Assembly (NCBI RefSeq): GCF_002113885.1 | Contig: NW_018405338.1 | Coordinates: forward strand, 353,317 to 417,316 | Source: Mizuhopecten yessoensis | Lineage: Eukaryota | Direction: 5' to 3' | Length of the DNA stretch: 64,000 nucleotides | In this document: positions 1 to 11,677 of the stretch, one piece after another | Layout of the letters: every line of letters begins with the position of its first letter | Position numbering within the stretch: the first letter of the stretch is position 1 | The notes under the pieces: model-generated | Database searches by the model: none | What the model was told of the DNA's origin: nothing | Seen by the model: only the letters and a program-made list of their open reading frames with translations | Position numbers and translations under genes: made by a program

Positions 1-253
1 CACGTCTAAACACTTTCGTTATCTGCATCCCTGGAATACGTCATGGCAAAATTGAAGGCATCGTGTTGCTGGCTTTGAAGTCGGGCGTCGCCCCTCTGTA
101 ATCTTCAAATGACAGGTATCAACATAGCGATTGGTAAGGTTTTTTTTACCCGAGACCAATCAAATAGCTAACCACGTGCCTTCAATTTTGCTATGACATA
201 TTCAAGGGGTTTAGAGTGCAAAAGTGACCATAATCCCTGGAGTATCGAGGATG
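1..253. mobile_element. MITE family 1 copy (~75-bp TIR), left end cut by the window edge
   Basis: Shares the TIR (cactttcg...cccctggaat..gtcat.gcaaaattgaaggc / gccttcaattttgctatgacatattc...gagtatcgaggatg) and internal sequence with copies at 1240, 28696 and 55467. Confidence 0.75.
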
Positions 254-287
254 AAATGTACCAAAACGATAAGTTAAATATACCTAC

Positions 288-3200
288 CTGCTTTTGTATC
301 GACTATGAGGCTGCTGGTCTGAGTCAAACACTTTTCATGCGGATTTTTTCGGCACAATTTACATAGGTAATACCCACCATCGGACGATTTAATGGTCGGA
401 AAAGGCAATTGCAATTCTGACACATTTGTTTCTGAAAATATTAGCCTCATTATGTAAAAAAAATGGGAAGGGGAAAGTAAGAAAATGTGATATCTAACAG
501 TCACAATATATTAATTATCTTCGTTATAGCATTCTACAACTCATCTGTTATTTTCCAATATTAAATAACCGACGGTAATATTATTGAACGTTATATGTAA
601 TTTTACTAATGTAATATATATTGCTATTCCCATAACTGAAAGAAAGCAAAACAACCTGCTACTGATTATTCAGACATATTTTAAAGACTTTATGAAAACT
701 TTAAAGTTTTCTTGCAGTAATTTAAAAATATCTCAACAATTGTAGGCTGCATTGGATGAATGAATAACTTGATTTACCGCTTAGCAGTGGTGATCCATCA
801 TGGAACAAGGTAATTGTCCAATTAGACCAGTTGATTTCAAGCCAGTTGCTTATCTTACAAACGATGGTTGCGTTATTCCCTTCCTCTACTGCCGTAGACA
901 AAGGAAAAATCTTCAGAATCGGCAAAGGTTGAACCGTTACATTAAACACCATGTTTTGGCCTCCCAGACCACAGTATACCTTTCCTGAAATCAATATATT
1001 TTTTATTAGTATTGAAAGGGTTCCCGTTTTGCTTTGTATCTGTAAAACCTAAATGCATCTTAGGATAATTATACCTTTCATTTTAACATTGTGCTAGTCT
1101 TACAAAGAAAACCCTGATAACTGAAGGAGTATTTCAAGATATTTCGTTGAGCAGAGATACCTTCGTATATAGTTTCTTTTAAAACATATTAGAAATGTGT
1201 TTTGATGATATTTCATAAATAAGTAAAGGGACGTTTCCTTACAGCTTACTTTCGCCACAACCCTGGAATATGTCATAGCAAAATCGAAGGCGCAGTGTGC
1301 ACCACCTTTTGGACGAGACGAGAAGACTAGTTTGATCCTTTGATGTACATCAAAAGAATCTCACGGTCACCTAACGGTAAAATTTTCAGGCTTTGAAGTC
1401 GGACGTCGCTCCTCTGTAATCTTCAAAGAACAAGTCTCAGCCTAGTGATTGGTCATGATCTTTTACCTGACACCAATCAAATAGCTAGCCGCAGGCCTTC
1501 ATTTTTGCTATGACATATTCCAGGCGGTGTGTTCTCCTTTCCCCAACTTTTTAAAAAACAACATAGAGGCAGTAATGTTGTGATAGCAGTTATAGTCTGT
1601 TTCATATATATTTTACCTAGTTTTTACCTGTGTTCTCCTACATTATCTGTATCCTGTATACAGTACTGTCATATACATGTAGCTTTGATATAGTCTATTT
1701 TCATCATTTTTAGACATTTTTTTCATATCATATACCATTTTCATCAGCTAGATCCTACAAAACAGTAACGTGAAATCCACAAATATTTTATGTATTATAT
1801 ATACTTAATAGTATATATATATAGATGATAATGCTTTGATTATTTTTTTTATTTTTTTAATTTAAATTTAAATTGATTTAATTTAGGGTGAAGCAAATTC
1901 ACATTGGAGCATTATTTTCAGAGAATCTTTTTACCAATAAATGCGTCTTCAGTGTAATTATTAATAACTTAGTATCACTCATTAGATTATTTCCCCCTAG
2001 AACATAATCATTAGTTATATTTCTATTTGATAACCCCATATGTCTTGGGTCCACCGATATTTCTAGTTGATAATAATGAATCTTAACACCTGACACCGAC
2101 ACTCTCTTCTGTGATGGAACGTTTTACATGTGCCCGACTCAGTTTCAGCAGATCTACACCGTCCACGCCAGGATTGGAGACCAGATGTACCCACTTGTAT
2201 ACAGTCTACTTCCCAGCAAGAGCCAGGCAACATACCAAAGATTCTTTACACTACTCAAGACCAAGATTCAACCTCCAACTCTGTCTTTACTGATTATATT
2301 TGTCATAAATTGCTTGCTAAATTTAATTCTATTTTATGAAATATATATATAACATACATGTAAATGTATAGTAAAAATGTATAAAATTGATTTAATATGA
2401 AATTGATAGAAGCAGGTTTTCAGTTAATGTATTTTGATGTGTTTTTATTAAGTAATAACTGGAATATTGTATATATGTATTCATAATTCCAGTAAATATT
2501 ACGAAAAATCAGGAAATGTATTTGTTAAATATTCCTATAAATAACAAAGTATTTCCTATTGGTGAACAGGTAAATACAGGTAAATAATCTACCTGTAATA
2601 TACCAGAACAGAATATAATGACACCTCTATTGTTGTCCAGTGTTTATATAATTCCTTTGATCAGAAAAAAGTGGGAGAAAGGAGAACAAACCTTCCAGGC
2701 GTACAGAGAACGAAAGTGAGCGTAAACCCTGGATATCGAAGATGTTTATAATTCTACGTATCAAGTATAATTCAAAGGTTGTTGAAAACACGTTTGAATT
2801 ATATCATATAACATATATGAATTTAAGAAGCACTCAAACCAAATTTCAATGCCTTTCAATTTTCCTTCTTGAGGATGCAGACTGCACTCAGTTGCGTTCG
2901 CATAATTGCATTGTCACCGTTTAAGACTACCTGCACATTTTGTTTGGTGACTCAAGATATTTACCTGCATCTCTCGGGGTCAAAGAGTGAATAGTAATTT
3001 CTGATTGTTTTCTAAAACCATCATCCCTGTGTGTAATCGTTATCTTTGATGTGTTTTTACTCGCACTGTAGTCTCTGATTCGCCATTCAATATTGCCGCA
3101 GCTTCCTTTCGCATCAAATTCGCAGGTCATTTTCAAGTTGCCATCTTCCTCCGGTGAAGCTTTTGACATGTTTCGTTGAGATTCAGTTGTGTTTATTATA

Positions 3201-4299
3201 CAAATTTACATAAAAATGAATAACTAAATCGTAAGGATTTACTTGATTTTGTATTTTTAAATAACATCGACGCTCATTTCTGCTCCTTTCACCTTATAAC
3301 GTGATAGTGTCTTCTTTGTCAAAGGTTAAGTTTAAACAAAAATGAAATTGGCCTGTATACCATTTACAATATCATGCTGTTAAATTGTTAAATTATATTT
3401 CAGAATTAATAATGAGCATTTCATAAACATTTCAATATCATCATCATGCTTTACATGACATTATTGTATGCATATAGGTTGTCCTCGATTTCAAACAAGG
3501 TTTAATTTATGTTATTTCTGTTTTAATTGTGACATCATATGAGCATACATTTCGATGTTGCATATATATCCCATTCAGATTTTTGTATTCGTTGTCAAAA
3601 GCAGCATTGCTTATATGTTATGAAACAAAAAACAGCTTAAAGAAGCGACTGTCCTGGTTCTAAACTAAACCACATTTTTCTGAATAACAAACACAAGATA
3701 AAGTAAGGGGCATTTAAATAAACCAGTTTATATAAAAACTGCATGTTCCCAACGTAGGCGCAAAATTGTATTCCAGACGTACCTTGTGTGGTCTTTTCTG
3801 TGATATGTGGTGTCGTGTGATCCGTTGTTGTCTCAGATGAAAAGTCTGTTGTAGATAACACATCTGTTGTGTGATCTGATGTATATTCTGATGATTGCTC
3901 TATATAATCTGTTGTTGTCTCTGCATGATATGTTGTTGTTGTTGTATTATCAGTTGTTGGGTTTGTAAAATATGTTGGACTTGTATTTCTAAATCCTGTA
4001 GTATATTTGTATGTTGAAGATGTTGGATCTGAAGTGGGTGTTGGCGCTATGGATATGGATGTAGTTGTGGGTGGAGTGGGTATAGGTGAATAAGGTGGGA
4101 GCGAAGTGGGTATAGGCGAATAAGGTGGGAGCGAAGAAGGTATAGGTGAAGAGTGTGGAAGTGAAGTAGGTTTAGGTGAAGAGGTTAGAAGTGAAGTGGA
4201 TATAAGTGAAAAGGGTGTGAGTGTTGATGTACTTGCAGTTGCGACAACTGATATATTTGAATGCATGATAATAAATGCCACCAACAGCATCTGACGCAT
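288..4299 (-). CDS. Adhesion GPCR paralog A, 5' part (signal peptide, short Ser/Thr/Pro mucin exon, two Ig-like domains); gene runs off the left edge; one acceptor may be damaged
   Basis: Exons 4299-3783 (MRQMLLVAFII..., donor ACACAAG|GTACGT; acceptor TTAG at 4338-4337, 37 nt before the ATG), ~3200-2965 (MTCEF...CGNIEWRI...DAG), 984-778 (KVYCGLG...IVCKISNW...W) and 431-288 (SSDGGYYLCKLC), all phase 1. They match paralog B exons 41548-38608, 37655-37425, 36550-36344 and 35872-35726 one for one. The receptor call rests on this paralogy; the 7TM exons lie outside the window. Confidence 0.8.
1240..2744. mobile_element. MITE family 1 copy whose right TIR is split by a nested insertion (pieces 1240-1525 and 2693-2744)
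   Basis: The right TIR stops at tgacatattccaggc (1525) and resumes at ttccaggcgtacagagaacgaaagtgagcgtaa...atcgaagatg (2693-2744). Confidence 0.75.
1526..2692 (+). mobile_element. Non-autonomous Mutator-like (MULE) DNA transposon with a transposase remnant
   Basis: ~27-bp TIRs (GGTGTGTTCTCCTTTCCCCAACTTTTT / AAAAAAGTGGGAGAAAGGAGAACAAACC) and TSD TTCCAGGC at 1518-1525 and 2693-2700. Positions ~2104-2265 read LFCDGTFYMCPTQFQQIYTVHARIGDQMYPLVYSLLPSKSQATYQRFFTLLK, matching the MULE transposase DGTF..P..F.Q.Y..H...PLVY.LL..K...TY motif. Confidence 0.85.
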
Positions 4300-4375
4300 G
4301 ACTGCTGGTAAGTTCCGGTGATCAGATAACGATGACCTAATGCCAATATAATATTATTTAATACATTATATCAAA

Positions 4376-4665
4376 CCTTTACTTTCTAAACAAACAATGT
4401 ACGTTTTAAACGAGTCACAACGTTTCCAGACCGAGTGAGCGATTTGTATTTTTTTCTATTTTTGTTTATGTGTATTAAAAAATATGTAATTTCGTCACAT
4501 CATCGTACAGGTAAAAATACAAATCGATCCCTCAGTCATAGCTTGACAAAGGGATCAGTCGGTCTTGACACGTTGTGACACGTTTAGTACGTACACTGTT
4601 TGTGTAGAAAATCAAACTATAATATGACATATTTCCAAAATGACGAATCTTGTTGAAGATATCAC
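4376..4665. repeat. Interspersed repeat with internal inverted arms; related partial copies at ~17360-17475 and ~37680-37985
   Basis: The segments cttgacaaagggatcagtcggtcttga.acgttg.gacacg.tta.tacgtaca.tgtttgtgtagaaa and atcttcaa.aagattc.tca recur at the three loci, in both orientations. Confidence 0.6.
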
Positions 4666-5724
4666 AATGTCAGTATGTTATTTCTGTCCTTTAATTTCAT
4701 GGAAATTAACCGTTTTTTGCTGAATGGTCAAAATAACACTTTTGTTGTGAATTTTGTTGAGCTCTACCAATACAACTGGGATTACCATTGCTTTGCTTGA
4801 TGTGTATCCGTTTCTCTATTCGTCTCTCTATTCGTCTCTCTATCCGTCTGTTAGTATAATTAGTGTCTGGATCGTTTACATTTGATTAAACGAAGAGTTT
4901 TTTTGCTCAAACTTTTGAATCTATACTAGACGCTAAACCATGTGTTCACTTTCATCATCAAAATATAAAATGTTGACTAAAAGTTCGATTATCATGTGTC
5001 AATCGTTTAAAGATCAGTGTCACGTGCCATGTTCATACGTCACAGGTCAAGGTGACGGGGAGGGGTCATATGGCAAGTAATTAATGTGCTTATTATGTCA
5101 ATAATTTCATAAATGCCTATTTTATCACATTTCACTGATACATGCATTGACACTACAAGAGGCCCAATGGACTATTTCTGATCAATAATGTGTAAAACTT
5201 GAAAAAAAAAAGTTAGCAACGCCTCTTGGTTATCGAGAAGCTGGTTAAGACAAGTTATTTGAGCCGTCTTGTTAGCCCTTCATCCCAGCATGTAACTGAC
5301 CAATATAATCATCATTGTTTTTTATTTATTTTATCCTTGTAACCTTGAAAGTAGATCAAGTTAATTATACCATAGTTTATTGGGCTTCAATAAAGGAGCG
5401 TATTAGCCAAATATTATGACCCTAGACATATTTGTGTTTCAGAAGAAGTGCTAAAAGATTCAGACAAGGTAAGCTAAAACCTTAATACATGTCATTACCA
5501 GGTCATCGTCCTGAAGGTCAAAAAAGAAGTACAAATGTCAAAGATACTTTAAAAAATAATTATCAGCGAGTTATTCTTTAAAAAACACACACTATGCTTA
5601 TTTTCTCATTTCGCAAACATTATATGTATCTTGTAACTTTGATTTATTATTTAAACCTGTTTTAACTACACTCGTTGCCAAAGAAAAAGCTACATATCCA
5701 GTAAGTTCAATTAGAGAGAGGAAG

Positions 5725-6670
5725 GCACAGCTATCAAACCATTTGGTTAAACATGATAATTATAATGACTACAAATAAGTAACTATATATATGATATTTT
5801 GTTACAACACATACCGTTTCAATTGAAATCTTCTTTTCAAAGCTGCTTCTTAACTGGCGCTAGTTTTAAGGTGAGCTCCCGGCTAGTTCAACGAGGACGT
5901 TCTTTTTACCTTATCGGTGTCAAAGGTGAATCCATTCTCTTTAAATCGGAGCAAAATCAATAATAAAACAATTTGTTGTTCAGACGTTGAGGGAAGCAAT
6001 GTGAATATTAGATTAGAAATAACCTCACAAGATAACCTTATCGTCGTGGAATTCAAAATACTTGTATCGGTAGAGTACAAATCCAATATTGATTTGATGT
6101 TCAAAAATGCATCCTTTTACCTGTGAAGATTAACCATTTTTGTTACTGTAGATTGTATCATTATTATGTAATGTAGATATTTTTCACTTAAAAATGTGTA
6201 TAAATACGTATTTTTTAATGAAACATGAAGAAATCAATACATTTCGTAAACAGACATATATTTTATCTCTGTATTACTCACCACATTGCAAGGTTGGCAA
6301 GGAACAAGTGTACTTGGACTTGGAGCATTGTCGGCATATGTCAAGATATTTAAACAATTTTAATCAATTTTATTTGAAATCGTCACAGTCCGTTATCAGA
6401 GAAATGTATTTCAATATTGCAAAGATAGTCTAAGCGGCCAATTAACACAACAAGGCAATTATGTGCACGTTGTGCTTTTAATAGTCCATCAAAACAGTAA
6501 GGTAACCAGTACTCCTCTGAATAAGTTCAGAAGTTAAAGGGTTTTTAACGCCCGTCCTCTTCTGTTTCAACAATAGTTTTGACCAAATTGCATTTCTAGC
6601 ATTTTGGTCCCTAGCATCACCAATTAGTCCTAAAAGGACAAAACATGCAGTGTAATTCATGTGTATATTC
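5725..6670 (-). promoter_or_regulatory. Upstream/leader block of aGPCR-A with putative non-coding exons (donor at 5814-5813; acceptor at 6122-6121; donor at 6281-6280)
   Basis: Near-identical to 11678-12740 and more distantly homologous to 42460-43220. Splice signals are AAACG|GTATGT, CACAG|G and AATGTG|GTGAGT. The 6120-5815 segment has stops in all three frames, so it is non-coding. Confidence 0.6.
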
Positions 6671-7112
6671 ATAAGTGTCTGAAACAAACCAATGTCAACA
6701 CCCTCGAGAATTTCTTTTCAAGATTAACAAACTTCACTTTGAATATTGAACTATGTATCATAAATATGTATTGATATATAAATCACAAAATAACTTCCGA
6801 CTATAGTATAACTACTAACCTATCTGTACCAGTTTCATCCCGCTTTTCCTCCCGGTTTAAATTGCAACCTGTACGATTTTAACCTGTCCTTTTACTTCTA
6901 ATTGGCTGATCGTAACTCGTTGGAAGGTCTTATGCTTCAAAGACCTAGTTCTGAACTAATTAAAACATGTTCAACTACCCTTGAGTTGGAATTTGGATGT
7001 TTTACCCGGGCGTATAAAAAAATGTTTATCTAAAGTGTATTATATATAAGCGCTTAAAAGAACCTTCAACGATTAAATATCTCAGTACTACTGGTGTTTA
7101 CAATGTTTATAA

Positions 7113-7375
7113 TTATTACAATTACTATACGTGTATGTAAACTGACAATTACTACACGTGTATGTAAACTGACAATTACTACACTTGTATGTAAACTGAC
7201 AATTACTACATATGTATGTTAACTGACAATTACTACATGTGTATGTAAACTGACAATTACTATACGTGTATATAAACTGATAATTACTATATGTGTATGT
7301 AAACTGACAATTACTACACGTGTATGTAAACTGACAATTACTATACATGTATGTAAACTTACAATTAATTTACGT
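7113..7375. repeat. 27-bp minisatellite (gtgtatgtaaactgacaattactacac), left block
   Basis: About 9-10 tandem 27-bp units visible directly. Confidence 0.95.
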
Positions 7376-7761
7376 GTAAGCATAGACATTTTCTATCATT
7401 TTATAAAATAGTTGGCGTTCTTTACTCGACACAAAGCGTTAATGAAATATAATTATAAAAAACGGGTCATGTGATAATGCATAAGGTAGCAGTATACAGT
7501 AGAAATGGCCCGACTCTGATAAACAAGACACATGTCGAGGGAACGTAAACACAGCGGATTTACCGTACACAACACATGTATACATGTATATATATTTGTA
7601 GACTGCATTACATTTACAATACATATAAAGTACTGAGAAGTGTATAAACCTCTTTTTTCTATGTATGTCACTTGTGTGAAAACCATGGTTACCACATCAT
7701 AATACCAAAAAATGCCAAAAATTGCTATTTTTAACCCAAAATTTGACCCCCGCAACTAGTA

Positions 7762-8463
7762 NNNNNNNNNNNNNNNNNNNNNNNNNNNNNNNNNNNNNNN
7801 NNNNNNNNNNNNNNNNNNNNNNNNNNNNNNNNNNNNNNNNNNNNNNNNNNNNNNNNNNNNNNNNNNNNNNNNNNNNNNNNNNNNNNNNNNNNNNNNNNNN
7901 NNNNNNNNNNNNNNNNNNNNNNNNNNNNNNNNNNNNNNNNNNNNNNNNNNNNNNNNNNNNNNNNNNNNNNNNNNNNNNNNNNNNNNNNNNNNNNNNNNNN
8001 NNNNNNNNNNNNNNNNNNNNNNNNNNNNNNNNNNNNNNNNNNNNNNNNNNNNNNNNNNNNNNNNNNNNNNNNNNNNNNNNNNNNNNNNNNNNNNNNNNNN
8101 NNNNNNNNNNNNNNNNNNNNNNNNNNNNNNNNNNNNNNNNNNNNNNNNNNNNNNNNNNNNNNNNNNNNNNNNNNNNNNNNNNNNNNNNNNNNNNNNNNNN
8201 NNNNNNNNNNNNNNNNNNNNNNNNNNNNNNNNNNNNNNNNNNNNNNNNNNNNNNNNNNNNNNNNNNNNNNNNNNNNNNNNNNNNNNNNNNNNNNNNNNNN
8301 NNNNNNNNNNNNNNNNNNNNNNNNNNNNNNNNNNNNNNNNNNNNNNNNNNNNNNNNNNNNNNNNNNNNNNNNNNNNNNNNNNNNNNNNNNNNNNNNNNNN
8401 NNNNNNNNNNNNNNNNNNNNNNNNNNNNNNNNNNNNNNNNNNNNNNNNNNNNNNNNNNNNNNN
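7762..8463. other. Assembly gap (N run)
   Basis: Run of Ns. Confidence 1.
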
Positions 8464-9110
8464 GTGTATGTAAACTGACAATTACTATATGTGTATGTAA
8501 ACTGACAATTGCTACACGTGTATGTAAACTGACAATTACTAAACGTGTCTGTAAACTGACAATTACTATTCGTGTATGTAAACTGACAATTACCATACGT
8601 GTATGTAAACTGACAATTATTATACGTGTATGTAAACTAACAATTAGTATAGTGTATGTAAACTGACAATTACTATATGTGTATGTAAACTGACAATTTC
8701 TATTCGTGTATGTAAACTGACAGTTACTACACGTGTATATGAACTGACAATTACTATACGTGTATGTAAACTAACAATTAGTATAGTGTACGTAAACGGA
8801 CAATTACTATATGTGTATGTAAACTGACAATTACTATATGCGTATGTAAACTGACAATTGCTACACGTGTATGTAAACTGACAATTACTAAACGTGTTTG
8901 TCAACTGACAATTACTATTCGTGTATGTAAACTGACAATTACTACACGTGTATATGAACTGACAATTACTATACGTGTATGTAAACTAACAATTAGTATA
9001 GTGTATGTAAACGGACAATTAATATATGTGTATGTAAACTGACAATTACTATACGTGTATGTAAACTGACAATTACTACACGTGTATTTAAACTAACAAT
9101 TAGTATAATG
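8464..9110. repeat. 27-bp minisatellite, right block, ~110 bp downstream of the FKRP-like stop codon
   Basis: More than 20 tandem units of the same 27-mer, some with small deletions. Confidence 0.95.
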
Positions 9111-9223
9111 TACGCATGGACATTTTCTATCATTTTATAAAATATATGGCGTTCTTTACTCGATACAAAGCGTAAATGAAATAAATGTATAAAAAACGGG
9201 TCATGTGATAATGCATAAGCTTG

Positions 9224-10972
9224 TTACACCAACGTGTATTTGAACTGAATATTTCCCTCTTCATAGTAACTATCTATGCAATCCTGATTGTCAACCACTA
9301 AACAGCTTGTAAAGCGATTGTGGACGTTTGTCCCTCCGCCACCTTCGCTTGGATGTTGTTTGTGCCGGAATAAACCAGGATACACATTACGTGTAGCTAA
9401 AGCCGGGTTTTTGTTTACATAAACTAAACGTCCATTATGTGGAATCCTGGTCAGATCACGACTTTGAGATCTTAGAATGTAGGAACCGGTAATGGACGAA
9501 GTAGCCCATATATCAATATGCCAATGTTTGCTACTTGCACTTAAAATCGACGGTTGTTCAGATGCTGAACAGTTCCGAGGTTTTCGATCCGTCCCAAATT
9601 TAATGCCTTTGGACCGTAGTGTGATTCCGGCTTTCTCTAAGGTCCTGAAGTCTTCACACCAAAATTTGATGTCTCCGTCAATCTCCCATGGTATCACCTT
9701 ATACAATTTCACAGCTCCCAGGTGTGTCCCGGCATTCAATTGGCACGGCACACCTGCTTTCTCACACATCTCCATGACGCCGTTGTTTAAATCTGCCAGT
9801 TCCTGAACGCAACATGGTGATCTGACATACCCTTTCCCCTTCTTACATTGGTACGGGTAGTTACATCCAAAATGTATAGTCAGACCCATTGAGAATTTCA
9901 ATTTGTAAAGATATCGTTTTCTTCCAAATTTCTCCCAGTCCGTGGTTATCTCGCTACGGCGAGGGGAGTCCATATAAAACATTGCATCAGGACAAACAGC
10001 AACTTCACCCTCAAGTCTCATAAAAAAGTCTTCATATAATCCCATAGGCGTCAAATTGCCATCAAATTGTACCTGCTTCAATTTGTCGGTTCTGATCAAA
10101 AACGGTCCGTCCACGTGATCACAAAATACACAGTCGTGCATGGACTCGTCGTAGCCCTCCTCATATGCTACCGTGTAGTTTCGGAGCACCCTCTGATGAC
10201 AACCTAAACTCCAAACAGAGTCAGAGTTTCTGATGGACCCTCCTACTGCGGTAACTTGCAGCCTCTCAATTTCCCGTACGAGTCGCTCGATGCGGGAATC
10301 AGAATCAAGTGCCGTCATATTTTTAACAACTAAAGTGTATTTGGTTTTCACTCTAGCTATTAACTTGTTTAAAGCTTCCCCCTCTTTGATACTAGACGCC
10401 AAGTGTATGACATGTGTACGGTTCTGCTCCTTGATATTACCACCATAGTCCCCGACTACAGCCAAGATATACCCGCCGTAACCATTTGAGAAGAACTTTG
10501 TACTATCAGCATGTGAACCATAATCGAGGCGAACAATTGTGACGATTTCCTCAATACGTTTAGAGTAGGAGCAATTTTGGACCCGATATCCATATATATT
10601 GTCAACGTAATACTCCGGACACACGCTGTCGGACTTATACTCCTTCCGTTTTGTGACGTTTTCAAAGGAGGTTCCGAATCTTTTCAGTACTCTATCCATA
10701 TGTTCGCATGCATATCTCAGTGCTTTGCTTGTTTTGGAGCATCTTGCGTGTAACCTTGCTTGTTTTAGATACAGGGCTACATCAATTATTTGCCGTTTAA
10801 TATCTGACACATCCAAGTGATCTATTGGAGTATCCAATGACGCCGATTTTGTGTAGTTTTTAGAGAAAGCATGATGATTGGTTGAGCGTTGAATGTCTGT
10901 CCATATACATGTATATATAACGAGTATTCCGACCATTCCGATTCCGAGATATAGTGCAAAATATTTCTTCAT
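9224..10972 (-). CDS. Fukutin-related protein (FKRP)-like / LicD-family phosphotransferase, type II membrane protein, single coding exon, 582 aa
   Basis: ATG at 10972 lies 9 nt after a TTTTACAG|G acceptor (AG at 10983-10982). N-terminal TM helix YFALYLGIGMVGILVIYTCIW; GT-A-like stem; FKRP-type Zn-finger cysteines FGC...C...PCC; LicD/FKRP motif AGTHLGAVKLYKVIPWEIDGD (FKRP: [21 protein letters not shown]); downstream HIDIW (FKRP: HVDLW). Confidence 0.85.
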   Translation of the reverse strand: MKKYFALYLGIGMVGILVIYTCIWTDIQRSTNHHAFSKNYTKSASLDTPIDHLDVSDIKRQIIDVALYLKQARLHARCSKTSKALRYACEHMDRVLKRFGTSFENVTKRKEYKSDSVCPEYYVDNIYGYRVQNCSYSKRIEEIVTIVRLDYGSHADSTKFFSNGYGGYILAVVGDYGGNIKEQNRTHVIHLASSIKEGEALNKLIARVKTKYTLVVKNMTALDSDSRIERLVREIERLQVTAVGGSIRNSDSVWSLGCHQRVLRNYTVAYEEGYDESMHDCVFCDHVDGPFLIRTDKLKQVQFDGNLTPMGLYEDFFMRLEGEVAVCPDAMFYMDSPRRSEITTDWEKFGRKRYLYKLKFSMGLTIHFGCNYPYQCKKGKGYVRSPCCVQELADLNNGVMEMCEKAGVPCQLNAGTHLGAVKLYKVIPWEIDGDIKFWCEDFRTLEKAGITLRSKGIKFGTDRKPRNCSASEQPSILSASSKHWHIDIWATSSITGSYILRSQSRDLTRIPHNGRLVYVNKNPALATRNVYPGLFRHKQHPSEGGGGTNVHNRFTSCLVVDNQDCIDSYYEEGNIQFKYTLV

Positions 10973-11677
10973 TGTTATCACCTGTAAAACGAAATATAAA
11001 ATTAATAGATAATATCATCACATAATGTAGCAGAGATCACATTGTCTGTATTTCACCACTGTAGTCGTTTGTCGTTTAGATCAACTATTGATTCAATTGG
11101 TTTCACAGAAAGCATCTGTGTCAAAATGTGAATGCTCTGAGTAAAACTAACTACATAGTTTAGTGAAAATTATATATTTTAGCTAGTTAGTGCATCTAGT
11201 GAGTGGGAACTGTTCATTATAGACATTCTTTGAAGTAATTAACAGGTAGAAACGTATTTAGAGAAGAGAAGCATGTTTTCACATATTGGGTTGATATGAT
11301 TTGTTCTATAATGTGCTACCCAATTCGTAAAAAGTGAAAAGAATCATTGTATATTTTAGCTAATTAGTGTATCTTATTAGTGGAAATTATTCACATTAGA
11401 CCTCCTTTGAATAAGAAATAATGAACAGATAGTAACTTAGGAATTTAAAAAAAAAAATCATGTTTTCACATATTGGGTTGATAGGATTTGTCCTATCATG
11501 TGCAACCCAATTCGTGAAAAGTGAAAAAAATAATCTTTGTATTTGTTTTGCTTATTCGGCGATTTAATTAGTTTGGATGCTTCACATAAGAGTTAGCTTG
11601 AATAATAAGTAATCTAAACACAGTAATTAATGAATTCAATATAGATTTTTCTGTCTTCACATATCGGCACGCTGCAC

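Noticed and set aside
5883-6126. Short ORFs (73 and 69 aa; also 11987-12214) in the duplicated upstream block
   Set aside because: Their similarity reflects recent DNA duplication. They use non-ATG or weak starts, the frame is not kept in the 42.5 kb homolog, and the putative exon has stops in all minus frames.
7088-8904. Cys-rich (SNCQFTYTC)n and (VCKLTITIR)n ORFs, and ORFs spanning the N run
   Set aside because: They are translations of a 27-bp minisatellite and of the gap, with no splice context or consistent frame.
9224-10981. Horizontal transfer of a bacterial licD, and the ORF-track GTG start at 10981
   Set aside because: The protein has the animal FKRP layout (TM, stem, Zn-finger cysteines), and vertebrate FKRP also has a single coding exon. 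The GTG is just the first bases after the acceptor; the ATG is at 10972.
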